DNA of 64,000 nucleotides from Dehalococcoidia bacterium (GTDB lineage: Bacteria > Chloroflexota > Dehalococcoidia > UBA2979): assembly GCA_964291495.2 (NCBI GenBank), contig OZ219871.1, forward strand, positions 1,568,001 through 1,632,000. Reading direction: 5' to 3'. Each line of letters begins with the position of its first letter. Position 1 is the first letter of the stretch. A program made the translations under genes and the position numbers. The notes beneath the pieces are model-generated. The model worked only from the letters and a program-made list of their open reading frames with translations, searched no databases and was not told the origin of the DNA. This document shows positions 57,095-64,000 of this stretch, in pieces.

Positions 57095-59610
57095 CCGCCG
57101 ACCTCGAGCGCCTCGCGGGGGTGCTCGAAGGAGAACTCCGCTCGGGCTGCCGCGACACGCTCGTCGAGGGAGGGCTCGACGAGCTGTTGCGCCGCCAGGC
57201 GCGCGACGAGCCGCCGCGCTCACCGCTGCTGCGGATGGTCGCGGCACTCCCCGCAGCCGGGTACCGCTCGCTCGACGCCGAGGGGCGGAGGCAGTGGCTG
57301 CGCCGAGCACGCGCGACGATCGCGCAGGAACAGGCCCGCGCCTCGAATGGCTCGCCGCCGGCCCGCCCTCGCAAGCGCGCCCCGGCCGCGACTGCCGAGG
57401 GCGCCGCGCCGCGCAGCAAGCCCGCGCGCCGGAAGCCGCCGCCCGACCCGATCCCCGAGGGCGAGGCCGCCCTCGAGTGGCCGATCGCGCGCGCCGGGAC
57501 GCGGCTCGGGGCGAAGAACCTGGAGCGCCTCGAACGGCTCGGCCTCGCGACCGTCGGTGACGCGCTGCGCCACTACCCGCACCGCTTCCACGACTTCTCC
57601 GTGACCGTGCCGATCGCCGCGCTGCGCGTCGGCGAGGAGCAGACGGTGCGCGGCACCGTCGACCGTGCGCGCCCGGTGCGGATGGGCCGCGGCGGCCGCA
57701 TGCAGGTCTGCGAGGCGATGATCAGCGACGAGACCGGCGCGCGGCTGCGCGTCGTCTGGTTCAACCAGCCGTGGCTCGCCTCGCAGCTCCCGGCGGGCAC
57801 CGAGATCGCGCTCTCCGGGACGGTCAAGGCCTACCGGGGCCGCCCGACGATCGACAACCCCGCCTTCGAGAAGCTTGGCGGCGAGCAGCGCGAGACGGGC
57901 CGCCTGGTGCCGGTCTACCCCTCGACGCAGGGGCTGGCGCAGCGAACGCTCCGCACGACGATCGCCGGGCTGCTCGATCGCTTTGCCGATCGGCTGCCGG
58001 AGACGCTGCCCGAGGAGCTGCGCGCGAAGCACGATCTGCCCGGCATCGTCGAGGCCACGCGGCAGATGCACTACCCCGACAGCAAGGCGGCGCTCGACGT
58101 CGCGCGGCGGCGCATCGCCTTCGACGAGCTGCTCGCGATCCAGATCGGCGTCGTGCGGCGCAAGCGCGAGTGGCGCTCGCTCGGCGACGCGCCTGCCTTC
58201 GCCGGCCGTGAGGCTATCGAGGCCTTCCTCGGAACGCTGCCGTTCGAGCTGACCAAGGCGCAGCGGGCCGCCCTTGACGCGATGCTCGAGGATCTCGCGC
58301 GGGAGCAGCCGATGGCGCGGCTGCTGCAAGGGGATGTCGGATCGGGCAAGACGGTCGTCGCCCTCGCGGCGATGATCGGCGCGGTCGCCGCGGGCCACCA
58401 GGCCGTCCTGATGGCGCCCACCGAGGTGCTCGCCGAGCAGCACTTCCGCACGATCTGCGGCGTGCTCTCGGGCGAGCCCGAGCCGCCGCTCAACGGTGTC
58501 GTCAGCCTGCCCTTCCTGCCGCTCCCGCTCCGCGTCGTCCTGCTCACCGGCTCGACGCGCGCGAAGGAGCGCCGCGACGCCCTCGAGGCGATCCGCCACG
58601 GTGGCGCGAACCTGATCGTCGGCACGCACGCGCTGATCCAGCAGGGCGTCGAGTTCCAGCGGCTCGGCCTCGCCGTCGTCGACGAGCAGCACCGCTTCGG
58701 CGTGATGCAGCGCTCCGCGCTGCGCCAGCCCGAGCGCTCGGGCGACGAGGGCGTCGAGGCCGCCTCGACCGCGCACCTGCTGGTGATGACCGCCACGCCG
58801 ATCCCGCGCTCGCTCGCGCTCACGATCTACGGCGACCTCGATCTCACGGTGATCGACGAGCTGCCGCCCGGCCGCACGCCGATCGAGACCACGTGGCTGC
58901 CGCCGCACGACCGCGGCGAGGCCTTCGCCGCGCTGCGCGCCGAGGTCGAGGCGGGCCGCCAGGGCTTCGTGATCTGCCCGCTCGTGGAGGGCTCGGACGC
59001 CGTCGTCTCGCGCGCGGCCACCGAGGAGTACGAGCGGCTCTGCCGCGAGCAGTTCCCGGACCTCGCGGACCGCATCGCGCTGCTGCACGGGCGCATGTCC
59101 GGCCGCGACAAGGACGCCGTGATGCAGCGCTTCGCGCGGGGCGAGGCCTCAATCCTCGTCTCGACCGCCGTCGTGGAGGTCGGCATCGACGTGCCGAACG
59201 CGACGGTGATGCTGATCGAGGGGGCGGACCGCTTCGGACTCTCGCAGCTGCACCAGTTCCGCGGGCGTGTCGGGCGCGGCGAGCACCCCTCGACCTGCTA
59301 CCTGCTGGCGGACGATCCCTCGCCCGAGGCGCAGGAGCGGCTCTCGCTGGTGGCGCGCAACCGCGACGGGTTCGCGCTCGCGCAGGCGGACCTGGAGCTG
59401 CGCGGGCCGGGCGAGCTGTTCGGCACGCGCCAGGCGGGGACGCCCTCGCTGCGCGTCGCCTCGCTGCTCGATGCGCGCCTGATCGCCACCACCCGCGTCG
59501 AGGCGGAGGCGCTGCTCGAGGCGGATCCGCAGCTCGCCGCCCCACCGCACGCCGCGCTGCGCACCCTCGTCGAGCGCGCCGAGGCGGGCCTCGTCGCGGA
59601 GGCGCACTGA
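57091..59610 (+). CDS. recG: ATP-dependent DNA helicase RecG
   Basis: WFNQPW, RLLQGDVGSGKT, DEQHRFG, MTATPIPRS, FGLSQLHQFRGRVGR, DLELRGPGE. Confidence 0.97.
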   Translation: MTADLERLAGVLEGELRSGCRDTLVEGGLDELLRRQARDEPPRSPLLRMVAALPAAGYRSLDAEGRRQWLRRARATIAQEQARASNGSPPARPRKRAPAATAEGAAPRSKPARRKPPPDPIPEGEAALEWPIARAGTRLGAKNLERLERLGLATVGDALRHYPHRFHDFSVTVPIAALRVGEEQTVRGTVDRARPVRMGRGGRMQVCEAMISDETGARLRVVWFNQPWLASQLPAGTEIALSGTVKAYRGRPTIDNPAFEKLGGEQRETGRLVPVYPSTQGLAQRTLRTTIAGLLDRFADRLPETLPEELRAKHDLPGIVEATRQMHYPDSKAALDVARRRIAFDELLAIQIGVVRRKREWRSLGDAPAFAGREAIEAFLGTLPFELTKAQRAALDAMLEDLAREQPMARLLQGDVGSGKTVVALAAMIGAVAAGHQAVLMAPTEVLAEQHFRTICGVLSGEPEPPLNGVVSLPFLPLPLRVVLLTGSTRAKERRDALEAIRHGGANLIVGTHALIQQGVEFQRLGLAVVDEQHRFGVMQRSALRQPERSGDEGVEAASTAHLLVMTATPIPRSLALTIYGDLDLTVIDELPPGRTPIETTWLPPHDRGEAFAALRAEVEAGRQGFVICPLVEGSDAVVSRAATEEYERLCREQFPDLADRIALLHGRMSGRDKDAVMQRFARGEASILVSTAVVEVGIDVPNATVMLIEGADRFGLSQLHQFRGRVGRGEHPSTCYLLADDPSPEAQERLSLVARNRDGFALAQADLELRGPGELFGTRQAGTPSLRVASLLDARLIATTRVEAEALLEADPQLAAPPHAALRTLVERAEAGLVAEAH

Positions 59611-59644
59611 CGGTGGCCGCAGCTCGCGGACGGTAGCGGAGCGC

Positions 59645-59990
59645 ATCCCTCCGGTCCCCTCTCCCCGAGGGAGAGGGTCAGGGTGAGGGAGGATCCGCCC
59701 GCTGGAGTTCGTTGCGCCGTCGGGGCTTTCGATGGGGCGCGGGAGTCCTCCCCCTCACCCCCGCCCTCTCCCCAGGGAGAGGGGGCCGGATCGCTCATGG
59801 GCGGTTCCCCAACCCCGTCATTCCGGCGAAAGCCGGAATCCAGCCGAGCCGCGCAGCGCGCTCGTCCGACGCCCGTAGGGCAGGAGCTCACGGGGGCGCA
59901 ACAACCGATCGAGGTGGGGAGCATCCGCGGGCGAGCCCCCTCACCCCCCACCCTCTCCCCAGGGAGAGGCGGCCGGATCGCTCATGCGCG
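59645..59990. repeat. Mosaic repeat cluster (inverted A, A, B, D/A)
   Basis: A 59656-59689 and 59750-59786; B 59817-59843; D/A 59897-59976. Confidence 0.85.
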
Positions 59991-59998
59991 GTTGCCCC

Positions 59999-61414
59999 CT
60001 ACCCCCCGTTGGCGCGCGAGGCGTACCAGCTGCGGGCGGCGGCGAGGGCGCGCGCGCCGCGATCGTAGCTCTCGAAGCTGGCGATGCCCTGCTCGGCGAG
60101 CATCCCGGAGATCTCGCGGATCGCCTCGGCGTGGGCCAGCGGCTTGGGCGAGTGAAGCAGCGCGATGTGCGGCTTCGCGGAGCGCTCCTTCGAGCGCACC
60201 AGCGCCTCCACCAGCTCCTCCAGCAGCTCGCGGTCCGGGTCGTCCTGGGGCCGCGGGCGGATCTGCATCACGACCGCGTCGATGTTCGTGTCGCGGTCGA
60301 GGATGCCGAAGATCTGCTCCAGCTCGGTGCGGTTCGAGCCCATGTCGATCGGGTTGCGGAAGCTCGCGCCGACGAGGCTGAACCACTCCTCGAGCTGCGC
60401 GTAGGACTCGTCCGTCAGCGTCGGCACGCGCAGCCCGGCCGTGGAGAAGGCGTCCGCCATCGCCACCGACTGCCCGCCGGATCCGCCCGCGATGCCGACG
60501 CCGTCGCCCGTGAAGGGCGAGATCAGCGTCAGCGCCTTGAGGATGTCGACCAGTTCGGTGAGGTTGCGCGCCTGCAGCGCGCCCGCTTGGCGGCAGGCGG
60601 CGTCCCAGACCTCCGTCGACCCGGCCAGCGAGGCGGTGTGCGAGCGCGTGGCGCGCCCGCCATCCTCGGTGCGGCCGCCCTTCCAGAGCACCACGGGCTT
60701 GTGGCGCGTCGTCTCGCGCAGCGTGCGGAAGAAGCGCGGCCCGTCCTGCAGGCCCTCGACGTACATCGCGAGGATGTCGGTGTTGGGGTCGCCGGCGAAG
60801 TACTCGAGGTAGTCGGCGTTCTCCAGCACGATGCCGTTGCCGAAGCTGACGGCCTTGCCGAGCAGGACGCCGGCGTCGTGGGAGGCCTCGATCAGGTCGC
60901 CGGTGTGCGCGCCGCTCTGCGCGGCGAAGCTGATCCGGCCCTCGAAGCCCGAGGGCTGGTTGGGGCCGAAGCGCACGCCGACCCCGGGGTTGTAGAGGCC
61001 CATGCAGTTCGGCCCGATCAGCGCGAGGCCGGAGTCGCGCGCCAGCTCGGTGAGCGTCGCCTGCAACTCGACGCCGTCCGCGGTGTCGGTCTCGGAGAAG
61101 CCCGAGGTGAAGAACGCCGCCCCCGCCACGTCCTTCTCGACGCAGTGCCGCAGGATGAACGGGGCGACGTTGCGCGGCACGGCGACGAGCACGAAGTCGA
61201 TCTCGTCGGGGATCTCGAGGAGGCTCGAGTAGTTGGGGATGCCCATCTCCTCGATGTTCGGGATCTCGTTGGGGTCGACCTGCACGGAGTAGACGGGGCC
61301 CTGGAAGGTCTCCATGCTCTTCAGCCAGCGGTAGTTGCGGATCTTGGCGTCGCCGACCACCGCGACGGTGCGCGGATTGATCGTGCGGTCCAGCCGTTCG
61401 CGTTCGACCCTCAT
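59999..61414 (-). CDS. ADP-forming acyl-CoA synthetase alpha-type subunit (CoA-binding; no ATP-grasp)
   Basis: NPRTVAVVG, SGFSE, IGPNCMG, QSG, VSFGN, YVEG, SHTASLAG phospho-His, NPIDM. Confidence 0.88.
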   Translation of the reverse strand: MRVERERLDRTINPRTVAVVGDAKIRNYRWLKSMETFQGPVYSVQVDPNEIPNIEEMGIPNYSSLLEIPDEIDFVLVAVPRNVAPFILRHCVEKDVAGAAFFTSGFSETDTADGVELQATLTELARDSGLALIGPNCMGLYNPGVGVRFGPNQPSGFEGRISFAAQSGAHTGDLIEASHDAGVLLGKAVSFGNGIVLENADYLEYFAGDPNTDILAMYVEGLQDGPRFFRTLRETTRHKPVVLWKGGRTEDGGRATRSHTASLAGSTEVWDAACRQAGALQARNLTELVDILKALTLISPFTGDGVGIAGGSGGQSVAMADAFSTAGLRVPTLTDESYAQLEEWFSLVGASFRNPIDMGSNRTELEQIFGILDRDTNIDAVVMQIRPRPQDDPDRELLEELVEALVRSKERSAKPHIALLHSPKPLAHAEAIREISGMLAEQGIASFESYDRGARALAAARSWYASRANGG

Positions 61415-61418
61415 GCCT

Positions 61419-62321
61419 CTACCTCCCTGCGTCGGCCGCCGCCGCCGCGCGCTTCGCCCGGTCGGCCTCGCCGATCGCCCTCATCTTCGCCAGCACCTCG
61501 GACCCGTCGGCCGGCACGATGCCGGACAGGTAACGGTCGAGGAACAGCGCCCCGGTGTTCATGCCATGGCGGCCCATCGTTCGCGAGAGATCGAACGAGT
61601 GCGGCTGCCCGGCGAGGATCAGCAGCTCCGTCGCTACGCCCGCCTCGCGCAGCGCCTCGTACATCAGCGTGCTCTGCTCCACGGGGACGGTCGCGTCGTC
61701 CGAGCCGTGGATCAGCGCCGTCGGCGGGTACGCCCCCGTGACGTAGCTGAGCGGGCTGGCGGCGTCGATCTGCTCGCCTGTGGGGTGCTCGCCGAGCAGG
61801 ACGTCGATCGGGCTGAAGCCGTCCTCCGAGCGCCACAGCCGCGCCGGCCCGTAGTAGGCGACGACGGTCGCGACGTCGGTGCCCGCGCCGGGGTTACCGC
61901 CCTCGCCCTCCCAGGCCGGGTCGTTCTGCGTGCCGCCGGCGAAGAGCGCGAGGTGCGCGCCGGCCGAGTGCCCCCAGACGGCGATGCGCTCGCGGTTGAT
62001 GTCGAGCTCGTCGGCGCTGGCGCGCATCCAGCGTAGCGCCGTCTTGATGTCGTGGATCTGCGCGGGCCAGGCAGCCTCCGACACGAGGCGGTACTCGCAG
62101 GTGACGCAGAGGTAGCCGCGCCGCCCGAGCATCAGCCCGTACCACTTGAGCTGCTCGCGATCGCCCATCTGGAAGCCGCCACCGTGGATCAGCAGCACCG
62201 CCGGCCGCGTCTCGATGTGCGCGGGCGGTCGGTAGATGTCGACGAGCAGCTCGCGATCGCCGCCGTGGCCGACCGGCACGGCCTCCTCGATCGTGACCAG
62301 GCCCTCGCTGGATTCGCTCAC
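61419..62321 (-). CDS. Alpha/beta hydrolase (HSL/BD-FAE-like esterase)
   Basis: IHGGGF, EYRL, WGHSAGAHLA, HGSDDATVP, PHSF. Confidence 0.9.
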   Translation of the reverse strand: MSESSEGLVTIEEAVPVGHGGDRELLVDIYRPPAHIETRPAVLLIHGGGFQMGDREQLKWYGLMLGRRGYLCVTCEYRLVSEAAWPAQIHDIKTALRWMRASADELDINRERIAVWGHSAGAHLALFAGGTQNDPAWEGEGGNPGAGTDVATVVAYYGPARLWRSEDGFSPIDVLLGEHPTGEQIDAASPLSYVTGAYPPTALIHGSDDATVPVEQSTLMYEALREAGVATELLILAGQPHSFDLSRTMGRHGMNTGALFLDRYLSGIVPADGSEVLAKMRAIGEADRAKRAAAAADAGR

Positions 62322-62437
62322 GTAGCGGCCTTCCCATCGACCCGGCGGCACGGCGTCCGCGCCGGCGGTCAGGCTACAGCATGGCGGGCTGGCGGGGCAT
62401 GGCTGGCATGATGTGCGGGCGGGTGAGGAGGACGGCG

Positions 62438-63025
62438 ATGACGCAGCAGGGGAGTGAAGCGCCTCGACGCGACGTGCTGTCCTCGTTCTGGTCGCCGCTC
62501 TGCGCGATCGGCGCGCGCGGCCTCGGGGCGGGCGCGCCGCCCGGGGCAGTACTGAACGCACAGATCTGCGTCTCCGTCTTCGGCGCCTCGATCGTGCCGG
62601 AGCGGCCGCGCGTGCTCGTCTCGCTCTCGAAGACGAACTACACGCACGAGCTGGTGATCGCCTCGGGCACGCTCTCCGTCACCGCGCTCGCGGCCGGGCA
62701 GCTTCCGTTGCTCGAGCCGCTCGGCCTGCGATCCGGTCGCGACGGCGACAAGCTCGCCGGCCTCGAGGTCGCGCTGACCGAGGCCGGCGACCCGTGGTTC
62801 CCCGGCTGCGTCGGCTACCTCGGTTGCGAGGTGATCGAGCGCCACGACCTCGGCGACGCGACGGCCTTCCTCTGTGCCGTGCGCGAGCGCGAGACGCTGA
62901 GCGCGGAGCCGGCGCTGCGCTGGCCGGACGCGCAGCAGGTCGTGGGGGCGGAGTTCCTGGAGCGCTGGGCGGAGAAGAGCCGCCGCGAGCAGGCCGCCGC
63001 GCGCGCCTCGATGCGCTGGGTGTAG
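62438..63025 (+). CDS. Flavin reductase family protein
   Basis: P.V.VSLSKTNYTHEL, LGLRSGRDGDK, GDATAF; GAGGAGG RBS. Confidence 0.85.
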   Translation: MTQQGSEAPRRDVLSSFWSPLCAIGARGLGAGAPPGAVLNAQICVSVFGASIVPERPRVLVSLSKTNYTHELVIASGTLSVTALAAGQLPLLEPLGLRSGRDGDKLAGLEVALTEAGDPWFPGCVGYLGCEVIERHDLGDATAFLCAVRERETLSAEPALRWPDAQQVVGAEFLERWAEKSRREQAAARASMRWV

Positions 63026-63048
63026 GCGTCGGCGCGGGCGCGAGCCGC

Positions 63049-63570
63049 TCAGCCTCCGAACAGGCGGCCTATGAGGTCGGAGCGGTCGATGTTGGCGACG
63101 TGCGTGACGAACTCATCCTGAAGCTTGTACGCGATCACCAGCACCCAGATCACGACCGCGTGCCGAGCGAAGAACGCGGGCGCAGCGTCCCGCTTGAAGA
63201 ACAGGATCGTGGCGTAGACGAGGAACAGCGGCTCGAGGAAGTTCGGGAACAGGAAGAACACGATCTCGTTGCTCGTGATGAAGAACAGCGCTTGCCCGAC
63301 CGTACGCAGCGCGAACAGGGCGATGACGGCTCGACGCAGCGGCCACTTCCACGCCGCGACCACCATGCAGACATAGGTCACGTAGTCCGCCGACTTGTCG
63401 ACGTTCTGGTACACGGGGTCGGAGAGCCCGAGCGGGATCAGGAGATCGCCGTCCAGGGAGTCGAGGACGAAGTTGGCCCACCCGGCGAGGAACGGGAACG
63501 GGATGAGCAGCAAGGGCAGCAAGTACTTGGCCACGACGATCAGTACGGAGTCGACGCTGGACTCAGCCAT
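63049..63570 (-). CDS. Hypothetical membrane protein
   Basis: Multiple TM helices; LDSLDGD...YQNVDKSAD loosely recalls CDP-alcohol phosphotransferases. Confidence 0.7.
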   Translation of the reverse strand: MAESSVDSVLIVVAKYLLPLLLIPFPFLAGWANFVLDSLDGDLLIPLGLSDPVYQNVDKSADYVTYVCMVVAAWKWPLRRAVIALFALRTVGQALFFITSNEIVFFLFPNFLEPLFLVYATILFFKRDAAPAFFARHAVVIWVLVIAYKLQDEFVTHVANIDRSDLIGRLFGG

Positions 63571-63790
63571 GGTCGCCTCGACTGCAACACGGGCAGCTAC
63601 GCGGTCTGTGCACTTGAGGGGACGCTACCATGCCCGCTCCCGGCCACCAATCCGCCGGTCCTCCGCAGTTCACTCAGGCAACGCGCCGCCCGCGCGCTGC
63701 GAGGCGTCGCTCAGGCGCGCGGCGCGGTATCATGCGCGGGAACAGGCAGACGACGCGCCTTCCGGGGCGCGCTATGTGAAGGAGTACAGC

Positions 63791-64000
63791 GTGGTCGCGA
63801 CCGAGCGAAACAAGGTCATCGGCACCCGGCCGGTACGCCCGGACGGCGCGGACAAGGTCACCGGACGGGCCGAGTACGGCGCGGACGTGCGCCTGCCCCG
63901 CATGCTCTACGGCCGCGTGCTGCGCAGCCCGCACGCGCACGCCCGCATCCTCAGCATCGACGCCTCGAAGGCGCTCGCCCTCGAGGGCGTGCACGCCGTC
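63791..64000 (+). CDS. Xanthine dehydrogenase/CoxL family molybdopterin-binding subunit (5' partial, runs off the window)
   Basis: AAGGAG RBS, then VIGTRPVRPDGADKVTGRAEYGAD..LPRMLYGRVLRSPHAHARILSIDASKA; not in the ORF track. Confidence 0.88.
   Translation, partial: MVATERNKVIGTRPVRPDGADKVTGRAEYGADVRLPRMLYGRVLRSPHAHARILSIDASKALALEGVHAV

Noticed and set aside
63571-63790. Moco riboswitch upstream of the molybdoenzyme gene
   Set aside because: Only generic GC hairpins; no conserved Moco motif recognisable by eye. An Rfam scan would settle it.

Overview
Very GC-rich bacterial chromosome segment. It is most consistent with Chloroflexota/Dehalococcoidia, possibly a sponge-type symbiont. This is inferred from the expansion of LLM/SDR/CoA-transferase paralogs, a plant-type LRR lipoprotein, and UPF0182 and PaREP1 genes; no database was consulted. 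Housekeeping content: glcDEF, yitJ-like methyltransferase, Fe-S genes (erpA/iscA, SufR-like regulator, iscS), orphan nuoB, CIRCE-groEL, selD, nth, argJ-B-D-G-H, rpe, rpmB, fakA/fakB, recG. Main points of interest: (1) a fused Type IIG-like restriction-modification gene whose last 32 bp are duplicated ~1 kb downstream, bracketing a three-gene cassette; (2) four tandem SDR paralogs with constant scaffolds and three hypervariable substrate loops; (3) an LRR lipoprotein split by a frameshift at a G9 tract; (4) selD with an in-frame UGA (Sec17), coupled to an LprG/P55-like pair; (5) ordered mosaic clusters of several palindromic repeat families; (6) a PaREP1 gene flanked by a duplicated argH promoter; (7) many leaderless genes. 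No rRNA, tRNA, CRISPR array, transposase or integrase was recognised. Start codons were adjusted by eye where the ORF track over-extends.
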